From assembly GCA_000320545.1 (NCBI GenBank), contig ADNK01001110.1:1-64000 (forward strand): a stretch of 64,000 nucleotides of DNA, written 5' to 3'. Source of the stretch: Bigelowiella natans CCMP2755. Its lineage: Eukaryota > Protista > Cercozoa. The notes under the pieces were generated by a model. The model did not search any database. It saw nothing but the letters and a program-made list of their open reading frames with translations, and was not told where the DNA came from. Position numbers and translations under genes: made by a program. Shown one piece after another: positions 1 to 12,166 of the stretch (positions within the stretch are counted from its first letter, which is position 1; every line of letters begins with the position of its first letter).

Positions 1-263
1 AGAGAGAGAGAGAGAGAGAGAGAGACACACACACTCTCTCACACACACACACCCACATATCTTTGTATGTCGTGTGTGTGTGAGCGCGCGCGCGCGCGCG
101 CGCGCGCGCGCGCGCGCGCGCGCGCGCGCGGGGGAAGAGATCGCTCTCTCTCTCGCTCGCGCGCGCGCGCGCGCGCGCGCGCGTGTGCGTGCGCGCGCGC
201 GCGCGCGCGACACACACACACACACACACATATATCTCTAGCACATATATATATGTTTGTTAT

Positions 264-305
<42 letters not shown>
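1..305. repeat. Compound dinucleotide microsatellite (AG)n/(CA)n/(TG)n/(CG)n/(TC)n/(TA)n, intronic
   Basis: Directly visible, including long (CG)n runs at about 84-130 and 158-209. Confidence 0.95.
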
Positions 306-379
306 AGCATATAATAATTTGCTTAGAAGAGATGCTTGCGTGTTTGTGTGCCACGTCTGATCGCGCGCGCAGATGAACA

Positions 380-2115
380 TATGTCCTCTCGCAAGCGTAG
401 GAACCTGGAAGCGATTAGCCCCGATGTTGCCTCGACCCTGCGGTCAAAGGCGTGTGCGAGGACGCCCAGCAGCGCAAACGCTGCGAAAAGCAACCCACAG
501 AACAGCATCACGGGGTTTGCGTAAGAGAAGGCCTCGGCCTTGATGTCGCTCTCCCCAATCGTGTTGAGCTCGATATCGACGGAGAACGTGGTCAGGTGCG
601 TTGTCGCGCAGTCCAGCATTCTTCGCGCGCTCTGGCCGCCGCTGCGATCAAGCTGCACACCGTCGCGGCTCCAAAGCAGCAGCGATTCGTTCCAGAAGAC
701 GCATGCGGAGGAGGAAGTAGCCTGAGGGGGAAGATCAGGTCACATTAAAATGATGCAGTTCTTAATGTGTAGCCATCGGCGTGTGCATGCCTGTGTATAT
801 GTTCCACATCTCAATGGAGAAGGAAAATAGAGAAGGGAAGAACTGCATATAATTGCGCTAACACTCTGTTGGCAAATACATGCGTTCTTTGCGTCACCAT
901 CCCCCCCCCCCCCCCCCCCAACACATACATACATACAACATGGCGTTCATATGGATAACGATATAGCACCAACAGCTACAACGTCAAACACGTAGTACCA
1001 TAATGGGGAAGACGATATGAAAGGGCTGGGCGAGGCTCTCCACGCCGATCTCCGCGCTGCTCCCCCCCAAGCTCTTATCAGCCTTTTCCAGCATTACACG
1101 AATGGTGCCGGCCTGCATCATCGTCATTCTTCTCAATTGGGAGGGGGCGGAAGCAGAAGGAAACATGGGCATTCCAGGTATCGCCGACACGACCATCACA
1201 ACGTCGTCCTGTTCGTCCCGTACGCCTTCCAGGGGGAGGCTCGCGGGAGCGACGATGCGCGCTCCGGAGGCGAGGACGATCGAGGAGCCTCCCGCATCTT
1301 CCTTGCTCATCTTCCTCGCCTGCAGCTCTATGCCGCCGGTGACAACGACGCCGACGGGGTCCTCCCCGGCCAGGACGCTTGTGGCTTGCCCCTCGCTAAC
1401 ACGCAGGAGGGCCCTCTCCACCCGATCCGCGAGGGCGACGCGGTCGCCTCTCGCCGACATGCCGGAGGAGACGGAGCGCGCGACCCTGCTCAAGGCCAGC
1501 ACCGCCAGCCTCGCGTCGTCCGGGGAGGAGAAGTTCGTTCGGACGGGCTGCGAGGCGGACTCCAAAATGCGGAGACTCGTGTTCTGAGCCGTCGGGGTGA
1601 GGGTGCCTGCTTCCACGGCTTGCGTGATGAGCGAGGCTAGAGTCAACGGCGCGCGCACTGATGCTTCAGGCGAACCGTCGTTACTGAACGATGAGAGCTC
1701 CTCGGTCGCAGCAAGCATCTTTTGAACCTCCTCAGAGCTGTTTTGACCTATGTACTGTGACGCGCTCGTCATCCACACCATGAGGGCTCCGATGTCGCCC
1801 TCCTCGACGCTTGCTTCAATCTCCTGTAGCACCGCGTTTAGGCTGATTTCGGACGGCAGCACCTCTGCTCGCATCTCCACCGATGTTATGGCGCCCAGCG
1901 AGTCCCTCACTGAAGCCTCTAGCACCAGCTCGGGTGCTAATCGAGAAAAATATAAGGGGGAGGGGGGAGAGGGTTGAGGATTCCCGACAAAGAAAATATT
2001 TATTCAAGAAAAATGCGCATACTCTGAGCATTTACAGCATGCACTTGTGGTTATTTTCCATTAAAATCTTCCGCCTCCTTTATTCCCCTTGCCTTCCCCT
2101 CTTCCCTTTCTCTTT

Positions 2116-2154
<39 letters not shown>

Positions 2155-2886
2155 CTCTCTCTCCATTTCCCTCCATCATACCGCTGCTCGATGCTCCTCC
2201 TGTTGTAGCAGCGGGAAGGAGGGTGTCGTAGTACGGGATATCCCTGTAAGCTCCAAACGTGACTGAGGAGACTGAGCCACTTGTCGTCGCCTTGATCCCG
2301 AAGAGATAGGAGAGCGGAAGGTCCTCATCCGCCCACTCGGCGCACTCGAGCCGATAAGTCGTCGTCATCTCGACGCCCCCAGTCGCTGGTGCTACCCTGC
2401 ATTCTCCCAGGGAGGGGGCTGAGTTTGTGGTGAAGGAGAACGACGCAGCGCCGGTGAGTCCGGACGCTGCATCAGTCACGCTCACAAGGAGCTCGTAAGC
2501 CGCCCCTGCGAGCAGAGAGCCTGGACGCAATACGAGGAGGGCGGCGTTTGTGGGGGCGAGGAGGTTCGATCTTTGGCTCGCGTTGAAGTTGCCGCTGGTG
2601 CACTCCCACCGGTACTCGAGACTGGACGTCGTCGTGGCTGTTGTTATCGCTTCAAAGGAAAGCTTGGAGGCTGCATCGACCCTAGTTCCAGTCGCCCCAT
2701 CAACGGTCTATTTAGGGTTAGGATTAGGTCGGAATAATAGTGATACGAAGGCTGAGTGAATCTGTACATGCGCACGAACATTCGAGCGTGTTATGCGGAG
2801 CATGCTTACACATGCCATCCCCGCCCCCCATCCCCTCTCTAACTTCTTTCTTCCTCCCTCCGACCTTATTTTCTTTACATTTCATA

Positions 2887-2923
<37 letters not shown>

Positions 2924-5792
2924 TTGTAATACTAAAGGAAACACACCGAGGAGCTTCCGCTGCTGTCCACCACGAGCCGGCGTGCAATGGTTACCGCAGG
3001 CGCCAATCCCAGCACAACCTCGAAGGCCTGGCTGGCCTCGATGTTCGTGTTGGTGGCGTTGTCAGAGACGCGCACCTTGGCCAGGTACCTCGTATTCGAG
3101 GCCAACAGCGAGCTCGGGACTAGTAAAACACTGGCTGTGTTAGAAGTGATGTTCAAAGTTGCTGCTGTTCCCGTTCCACCACTCGTTTGTTGTTGTTGTT
3201 GCGCGGGGGCGCTCTCCTCCACGCTCCACTTATAGCTGGTGGTGCTGCCGGGGTGGCCTCCGAGCGCCGTGACTTCAAAGGAAATCGTGTCGGTGGACGG
3301 GATCTTCCGGAAGCTGCCGCCCAGAATACTCGCTGAGAGCGGGTCGTAACCCACCGAGATGATGAAGGAATAGTTTGCGGCTCCGAGTAGCGTCTCCGCT
3401 GTCGCCCCTCCCGTGACCAAGGCACGTTTTGCAACGAAGTTGAAAGCGTACGTCGCTCCGGCCAGGAGGGTGTTAGAAGGTATGTACCTGTCGATTGACA
3501 CTGCTTGAGTCGTCATCATCATCACCATCATCGTCGTCATCATCATCACGATTTTCTTTTCCTTCTTGCCATTCAGCCTCATCCACACCCCTTACCATAG
3601 CAACAACAAAAACAACTACAGTTCCTACTGCAGCTTCTGGCACCATCACCACCACCACCACAACAACAACAACAACAAAGAGCTACTCACAAAGAGACAG
3701 ATGCTCGTCGTTTTAATGGGACAGCATGCGAGGAGATTTGCGGCAGGAAGCTCAGGAATCGCTGCCTCAGATACGGTCCCCCTGAAGCAGAGAATAACTG
3801 CTTCCATTCCCCGTGTGCCGTCACTGATTGACCGGGCCCCGCCGTTGTACTAGGACAGGATGCAGACACTCTGGCCGGGATGATGACGGGCTGCGAAGGG
3901 ATTGCTTGTATGTGAAAGACTGATGGGAGCAAGACGGGAGGCACCTCAGAATTTACCTACATGAGGAAGGAGGAAGGTTTGGGGGTGCAAGAGCACGGTC
4001 AGAACGCGTGAATTTGAGCGTGGCTGTGCGCGCATAGCTAGCTCTTTCAGCCTCTAAACCCTGGCGCCGCTCGCGACCTTCTGGACAGTGAAATTTGAGG
4101 TTCCGGAGTAGCCGAGCCAATTGGTGAGATTTATGTGGAACGTGTGCGCCCCCACCGTCATGGCGGTTGCGTTGAGGGACAGGCTCGCTAATCGAGAGGC
4201 GTTCACGAGTGTTCCTATCTCCGCATCAGGGCCTGAGTAGCTCCACCTGTACGATGTAAATGGCCGCCCACCCGCTCCAACAGAGGTTCCTGGCAACGGA
4301 TTTTGAGTTAATTGTGGGTTTTTCCCAATTCTCGTTCCTCCCACGGAGACGAAGATGGTGAGGATGTTGTGCGACCTGTTCCAATGCGCAATTCTGTGGC
4401 GCAAGTCCCGATTAGGTCGAGCCCGTTCAGTACAGCCTCGATGTTCCTAAAAGTAGCAGGCGGTCGCAGAAAGGCTTTCGCCTATGGTACACAGGGGTGA
4501 AGGATAGGGGAGGGTGAGAGGGTAGAGAGTGAGATTGCTATATATCACCCATAAATTTCACGTATAGCCTAGTGTATCCATTTTCGTTTTGGGTTATGCC
4601 CGCTGATCTAGTATGACAGACCGCAGGCTCAAAGGTGTCGCCATCATCGAGCGAGATCACGCCACCAGCAATCTGAGAAAAAGAAGTTGAATTCAACGCA
4701 AGCACCGCCCAGGTGACATAGCGGGAAATCGAGCGCAACTAGGTGTTGGAATACATATCCTGGTTCTCTCTCTCTCTGCCCCCGCAAAATTACACACACA
4801 GGGAACATACGGCGTAAGATGTTACGTTCAGCTATCAATGCATTGAAAGACGACATATACCGTGATTTCATCGTGTGTGGCCAGCGACCAGCCGCGCCCG
4901 AGGTCGATGCGAAGCGTGTCTCTCTTCACCCAATTGCACGCAGGCTGAGCTCCAAGTCTTCCGAGGTCGCTGCTTTGGAAAAAGCGTGTGCAGTTGCGGC
5001 TTGGTGGAATGTTAGTGGCATTCCGAAACTCCAAAGTGATGTGAGCAAACTCCTCATCGAAGAACGCGTCCGCTACAATGCTCCTCGTGCGAGTAGGTGC
5101 TGTGGTGGGCGCAGTCGTCGGCGTTGAAGTAGGAGCCAGCGACGGTGATACGGTTGGGAGGATGATAGGGGATAAGGATGAGGGTGAGAGGGAGGACGGT
5201 GAGAGGGAGGACGGTGAGAGGGAGGACGGTGAGAGGGAGGAAGGTGAGAGGGAGGACGGTGAGACGGAGGAAGGTGAGAGGGAGGGGGAGACGGTCAAGG
5301 GTGATAGAGAGGAGGGCGTGAGAGAGGGGGCAGGGCTCGGTGCTATAGTGCTTGGAGTGTGCGAGGGGAATTTCGTCACAGGCGAAAAGCTTGGAGATAT
5401 AGTTATGGGGGTTCTGGTCGCAGGGCTCATGCTCGGGGTAAGTGTTGGCGCAGGGGTTGGATCGGGCGTGTGGAGTTTAAAAGCATCCACGCCTTCGTAG
5501 CCGTCCGCCTACAGCCGGAGAAAGTTACATATGCGATTACCGATGGTATTGCATCGTAGTCCAGTCACCCGAACGCACGTCATGGTGCTTAGACGAGAAC
5601 GAGGAGAAGGAGCAGGAGGGGAGAGGAAAAAGGAAAGACAACTACCAAAGTGGATATTCGGAAGGTTTGTGTCGGGAACGCAGTCGGGACCGGAACGTTA
5701 AATATCTGCAAAAGCAGAAGGTAATGGTGACTCTCTCACTCCGCTCCTTCTTTCTTTCCCTCTCCCTCTCTCTTTCAATATTTTCTATATTT

Positions 5793-5844
<52 letters not shown>

Positions 5845-6503
5845 GAAGAGTTAATTCTTTACCCCTGGACAATTCGTGTCGTCGACTATATTAGCAGTGA
5901 CGTTTGTTTCCCAGATTCCTATCCATTCTGACGTTTGGGAGTTTTGAGCCTCGACCTTCACAACAAAGCCTCCTACATACGTCTCATAAATATCCAACCG
6001 GCCGCCTGTAACAGCCTGTGCAAAGCCTATCTCAAGAGTCCGGGTCACTTCCTGCTGGCTGTTGAGTATGATGGTAGAGTTAGAGATGAATGTCAATTCT
6101 TCAATGATACATGCATGCACCATAGATGCGTATGTAGTAGCCGCTCCAATCAAGCATAGTCTGTGTCGTTTTATCGTATTAATGCGATTGTTGATCACTT
6201 TGATGGCTGCCATGAGTTACAGTCAATATCGCAATTCGGATAAACGTCGTTCTGGCCTAAAAAAATCAAGACGTAAGTGCATGGATATGAGAGGCATAAT
6301 AAGTGTGAATGTATCTCTCCTACCAGTCATTCTATCAGGGGAGTAGCAGCTACCAGACCATGTGCTACTTGCAGACGCTGTATTTGCCCATTGGTCTAGT
6401 GCCAAGCAGAGGCTCGGCAGTGTCAGGAGGATGACAGAAGATAGTCCTAGAGGAAGATTCAGTAAACTTCTCGTAAAGGCTTCGAACTTCGAGAAAAATA
6501 TCC

Positions 6504-6548
<45 letters not shown>

Positions 6549-6601
6549 GCGCGGTTTTGTGCTGTTCTATGTTAATTTTTCTCACGTGTAAAGCTCCGCA
6601 T
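380..6601 (-). CDS. Multi-exon polycystin-1/REJ-like membrane receptor with GPS motif; probably continues beyond the window start
   Basis: Spliced signal peptide MRSFTR|LSSVILLTLPSLCLA (ATG at 6601), QWANTASASS domain, Pro/Thr/Ser stalk (4828-5490), REJ-type motif GECRVAPATG..TTYRLECAEWADEDLPLSYLF (2051-2530 ORF), GPS-like C.TTHLTTF followed by a hydrophobic TM helix (323-658 ORF). Confidence 0.8.
5180..5295. repeat. 15-bp coding tandem repeat (GAGAGGGAGGACGGT) encoding PSSLS units of a mucin-like stalk
   Basis: Visible tandem units; the minus-strand ORF reads SPSSLSPSSLSPSSL... Confidence 0.9.
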
Positions 6602-6898
6602 CTTGGCGTAGGGAGGGAGAAATCTACGCTTCCTCCTCTGTGCCTCACTCGGCTCTCACGAGCATTCGTACTTTCTTATCGAACCTCTCCTTGGCAACGG
6701 AAAATGATCCCTGGTATTTTCTCCAAATCCCTCGGTTCAGCGCTGTCGCGATGAAGAATCCTAGGAAGTTTATCGATCGCATTCACATCGTAACGGCGCA
6801 AAGGCGGTAAAATCTCAGAACTATTCAAATGTTCAAATGGATCTGGCTATTTCTCTCTTGCGACAACTAGGTTTCGAGAGATGTGCTACTTTTCTCTC

Positions 6899-6921
6899 TA
6901 GGGTTAGGGTTGGTTAGGGTT
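6899..6921 (+). repeat. Short interstitial TTAGGG-like (telobox-like) tract
   Basis: TAGGGTTAGGGTTGGTTAGGGTT about 300 bp upstream of the REJ gene ATG. Confidence 0.5.
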
Positions 6922-6980
6922 GAGTTTTCCTGAAGTCGAGACATGTGCTTGCATGAACCCCTAGCTTGCTAGCAGTCAGT

Positions 6981-7280
6981 CCTCACTGAAGCCAGTTCGA
7001 GGCACTGCATTTCGCACATTGCGAGTGTCTTGTCACACTTTGGAAGTGCAGTTTTTCATCATTGTTCTCATCGTTCTTGTGAACATGAACAAAGCATTGA
7101 TGCAAATCTGGACTCCACTCGCAGCTGTGCAAAATGGAAGTGCGGCAGTTGCAAGACAATGAAAGTGTGAAACGTGCAATGAACAATTGGCAATGAAATG
7201 AACAATGAACAATGATGATGAACCACGTTTCCAAAGTGTTGCAAGACATCAATGATGACAAACTGCATTTCCAAAATGTG
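6981..7280 (-). mobile_element. Degenerate interspersed repeat, likely a non-autonomous transposon end, related to 60790-61200
   Basis: 6981-7070 aligns to the reverse complement of about 61095-61200 (cctcactgaagccagttcgaggcactgc vs cctcactaaagttagttcgaggcactgc). 7200-7278 aligns directly to about 61050-61145. Confidence 0.65.
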
Positions 7281-8273
7281 GTCGATCAGCACAAGCAAAC
7301 TCTCTTTCTTTCTTTCTTTCTTTCTTTCCAGTTGATTGCTGGAGAGGACACGGATGGGTTGGTGTCCCATGATCCACTCAACCGCTCTGATGGAAGAACA
7401 CCTTTCTTCCACACTTGATTCTTTCAATTGGGGGAGTGCCAGAGTGCGTGGACGAGTCAGCGCGTCCTGTGACCCTTTTGAATGATTGAGCATTGAAAAC
7501 ACTTCGTTCATTCATCGTGTTGAGGGCCAAATTCTCATCAATGTTTCAATGTCTCATTCGTTCTTCTTTTTCTGCCCGTTCGCGCGGTTGGGCAAAAGGT
7601 GGACAAGAGTGGCGTGCTGGCTCGCTGGATTGTCCCGTGATCGTTTTCAACCGCTCTTTTGGAATCAATTCGTTGATTTGTTGAAGAAAATCAAGCGTCA
7701 ACACGGCTGTTTGCGCCCAGTTGATCAATCGCAACCATCACGTCATGCGTGTTGTGCATGCTTTCATCGGTAGTGCACGCAACCTTGCTAGCATGCAATT
7801 TTCAGATCATGCATGATTGCTAGATTGGTCGTCACTCATCACACTCTCGCGCACACATGCTCGGGCAGCCACGTGTGCTCCAATCTGGCAATGACATCGA
7901 TCACATTGCAACACGCACACGTGCATGCGTGTCTGTGCACCACACAAGTGCATGCTAGTGCTAGCCTGATTGCATGTTGCGGGTGTTCGGTGCTGTGCGT
8001 GATTGCATTGGGACATGTCTAGATGTGTCTGTGGCTAATCGTACGTGTCATGCCAATGCTGTGCGTGCGCAGGCAAGGTGACATGCCAACATGCGGATCA
8101 TTGGATTGGACACGCTACGCGATAGCGCAAGCTAGCAGGGACTGCAGACTGCGCTGTGCGGTACGTGTGGCATGAGCTTGCTTTCTCGAAGCGATCGCTT
8201 TGGATTTGAAAGAGTTTTGCAGAGCAATCAAAATCAGAATCATATAGCTTTGAAATCGCCACGGCTCAATAAT

Positions 8274-8358
<85 letters not shown>

Positions 8359-8462
8359 TGTACATGTATCTACATTTGTGGATATTTGATAAAAACACTT
8401 TCCATTCGATTACGTGCAACAACAATTACTGACTACTCTAGTTTGCTTCAGTTTGAGTGCTG

Positions 8463-8834
8463 CTACTCTCCCTTTTTGTCCTCTACCGCTTCCTGGGAAG
8501 GAGATTTTGTTCCTGCGGTTTGCGTCCCTTCCTATATGAGGTACAAAATATGCTTAGAAATCTTTTAAAATCGCAGTTGAGTGCATTTCTTTAGTGATGC
8601 TATTGACCTGGTTTTCGGAAGCTTCAGCCCCCGTTTCTGCAGTTGCTGTAACCTTCCCGGAGTCTCCTTCCTCACTAGCCTCTACCTGATCAGCGATCTT
8701 TGCATCTGCATTGTCGCTAACTTCCTGAACCTTCTCGCCGATATCCTAAGGAAGATTTTGAACGTGTTAGAGAGAAAGAAGTAGGAGGAGGAGGAGGAGG
8801 AGGAGGAGGAGGAGGAGTAATGATTGCACTATCG

Positions 8835-8865
<31 letters not shown>

Positions 8866-9670
8866 AGTTTGCATCCTTGTCGGCATAATCACGCTCTGAT
8901 TCTTACTTCTGAAAAACTATCATAGCAACAGGATGATGACACACGTACGTACATCCATCACAGTAACAGCTCCGTTGGCGAGAGCTTGTATCCTTTCCTT
9001 CCTAGCGATCTCCAGCTACAATATAACCCAATTTATACACAATAACGCACAAAAGCCTTCGTGTTCAAATGTTGCGTCTATTTTTCTAGTGTTTGGACGT
9101 ATCCGAAGAAAAACGGGGGGAAGATGGACAAGGACGAGCATGCCATAAATACAGCTTGTACATATATATATGTGTTGTATTAACATGCTTACAGTGCAAG
9201 TAGAGTACTTCTCTTTCTCCTTATCATTACTTTCCCCCCTATCCCCAAAAACATTGCCAGCCCTCTCCACTTTACCGCTCGAAAGCCAACTTCTTCCAAG
9301 GGCTCATCTTCCTTCTGTCCGTATCTGCGAGTGACAGCGAACACAATTTTACACACGTAGACACACACTTCAATGATAATGTTTCAAACAAAATCATTCA
9401 ATTCCAAGCGAGGAAGAAAAGATCATAAGGATCCAGAAAAAGAGTTTCCTGTGCTATTCTCTACAAATGACCCGCATCATTGTCCTCCCATCATTATCAC
9501 CACCATCATCATTATCATCATTATCATCATTATCGTTGTCATCGATTGGTGCTCACTTCTTAGCCATTGCGTAGTAGAAGTCCATGTTCTCCCGCGCTCT
9601 TTGTACAAAATAACGCCTTGCATTTAGAATCGCGAGCAGATGCACACACACAGGCCCCCCCTCCCCCTCT

Positions 9671-9716
<46 letters not shown>

Positions 9717-10528
9717 CACACACACACACACACACACATACACACACATACACACACATACACACACTAAGACATCTACATACACTTTGAGCGAGGGGAA
9801 GATTTTATCCTGGTACTCAAGGCCGTAGTTGAATAGAAGAAGGCCTCCAGTCAGCCCCACTACTTTCCCTGCTCAATGCACACGGATCGACAGTGCACCT
9901 TACTTTACTTGGTAGCAGCATGACGGACGACATCGATATATGCAATGGTGTATGTGCTGCATGCACATGCGTCCTACCCCATAGCAGCGGCAAATCGGGC
10001 TCCTCGACCTTCGTTCCGAACACCTGAGAGAGTGATAATAGTCGGCGATAAGTGCATGGACGAGAGGAAAGGGGGGGTGGGGCATTGCTGGCCGGCAAGA
10101 CCCGTGAAGTTGTCGTGATTTCTGTTGTAATCTGCTAATAATGCATCAATTTGCTGTCGATGTCGTATGTATTACCGAAGTGTAGACCTTCCGCTGGAAA
10201 CCCTGGTCAGCTCCTAGTAACAGGGCAAATCGTGGAGGTGAGGAGAGCAACTCCAGCTCAGTGCTGGTTTTGTTCGCATCAATACTTGATAACGTATGGT
10301 ATTGTTTTTTTAAGGTAACTGCTGTGATATAACTGCACAATGCTGTTATGTTTTATTTGCATCTCTTTCTCTCTCTCTCTCTTTCTCTCTCTCTGTCACA
10401 ACCCCCCCCCCACGCACAAACATACACACACACACACACACACACGCACACATACACAATAACATAATATATTTATAAAATTATATCTGTTATTAGTTCA
10501 TGAACGTGTGCATACATGTTTGTGTGTG

Positions 10529-10575
<47 letters not shown>

Positions 10576-11104
10576 AGTGAGAATGTACCAGGGAAGTCCC
10601 ACTGAGTGATATCAGTCGAAACCTGCCAGTAATATCTGCAAAACCCATCTATTATTCTTCGTGATTTTCTCCCTCTCCTCCCTATCTCCTTCCTCCCACT
10701 CCTCCAATAGCACAATATGGAAACGTACGTGTCGCCGCTGATGGGGTCTCTCACAGCCTGCCAGCCCTCCGGAAGCTTCTTCCTCTTCTTCGAACAGTTT
10801 CCAACACGAGGGTGTGGGGAGGAGGAGGAGGAGGAGGAGGAGGAGGAGGAGGAGGAAAAGGAAGAGGAGGAAAAGCACCAAAAATTAAATCCTTCATTTC
10901 GATCAAGGAACATTAGAGAGAGAAAATGGACATTATAACGATATGGAAAAGCGCACCTCAGCTGTAGCAGCTTTGTCGCTCGCACTTGCTAGTTCAGGAT
11001 TCATCATGCTTAGGGTCAACGGCGCGGCTAGCATTGCCTGGTGGTATCAATGGCAATGCAATCAGAAACACAGATAAGGATGCGAGGAGAGTAGCTGTGC
11101 CCAT
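8463..11104 (-). CDS. Multi-exon signal-peptide protein with a WW domain and acidic C-terminal tail
   Basis: MGTATLLASLSVFLIALPL signal peptide; split WW domain LPEGWQAVRDPISGDTY|YWQVSTDITQWDFP; last exon ends ..AVEDKKGE* at 8463. Confidence 0.6.
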
Positions 11105-12166
11105 GCGCCTTTTCGATCCAACACATCGCTCCTTCCCAGCCCTCAATCGCGTTTTTCTTCCGTCTACCCAACTCACTCAACGACAGATGCTAGCCTCATC
11201 ATGGTGTCTCACCTGCAAGAAGTTTCTTCTTTGTAGCCTGAGTTTTTGACTTGTGTGTGTTACCGAGTCCTCTGAGCTGCTCCTGCATCGCAGTATCACG
11301 AGGTGGGGGGGGGGGGGGGGGAGTTGAAAGCGAGGTAAGCGAAGGATTTCTACAATTTAATAAGCTGCTATCGGCTTTGGAAAGGAAGAGGGCTGTTATG
11401 GTAACCTTTGGGAGGAGGAAGAGGAGAATTCCTTATGGAAGGCGTTCGTATGCCTGCTTCTGAGTCTATTAAGTCCTAGAGCATGCCTACATGCACAAAC
11501 CATGAGCTCAGGCTGTTACTATCACTTGCAGTGAGAAGCGTGGTGGCTACCAACCTAGTTGGCAATATGCCCAGTGTCTTCCTCTGCACGCGGCTGGCTC
11601 CTGAATAAATGCGCAAGTGCCGCTAAGATACTATCTTAACCACGAAGAAGATTCTGGGACAAACTATTTCTAACTTCGTTTCCCTCACCCCGACCCCTGT
11701 TTTGTGCTGACAGTGCATAAATACCGGAGGAGGTCTGGAAGACCAGCAAGAGAGCCAGAAGCCTGGGAACCATCTTCTGAAAGAAGTGATATTCTGAATA
11801 ACTTCGTGGGAAAGGTTACGAGGCGGAAGGGTAGAGGGTAGGAGGTAGGGGGTACGGAGGGGAGGGGCACGTCTACCACAGCGTAGTTTCAGAATCAACT
11901 CTGGACGGAAACGCCCTGAAGATCGTGGCAGAAGCCTTCCATTTCTTATTGAGTCAACTAAAATACGATGTCGCACCAATTATACGACATGCTTCTTTGA
12001 CCTAGGATGGCTGTTTGCTTCCCGCGAGGGGAGTAAGTCTTGCTTTGGAGAGATTGGGCTAGATTTCATCGGAGAGACTTCGTACTATTCCTGTCTCTGT
12101 TTTCAACCGATAATAGACAACTTTATGTCCTGAAAACATCCTATCAAGACGTGAACAGGATCTCCG

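Noticed and set aside
39-380. Low-complexity ORFs (RARARA, YIYIYI, HTHTHT, LSLSLS) throughout the window
   Set aside because: They are translations of intronic microsatellites.
6899-6921. True telomere or chromosome-fusion site
   Set aside because: Only about 3 imperfect units, internal position.
6972-7770. CpG methylation decay as the cause of CA/TG excess
   Set aside because: CpG remains common while TpA is absent, and CpG decay would not remove TA. Not formally excluded without a family consensus.
6983-8022. Overlapping His/Cys/Met-rich ORFs in TA-free islands (also 54.5-55.5 kb and 60.3-60.7 kb)
   Set aside because: Loss of TA removes TAA/TAG stops and creates spurious ORFs.
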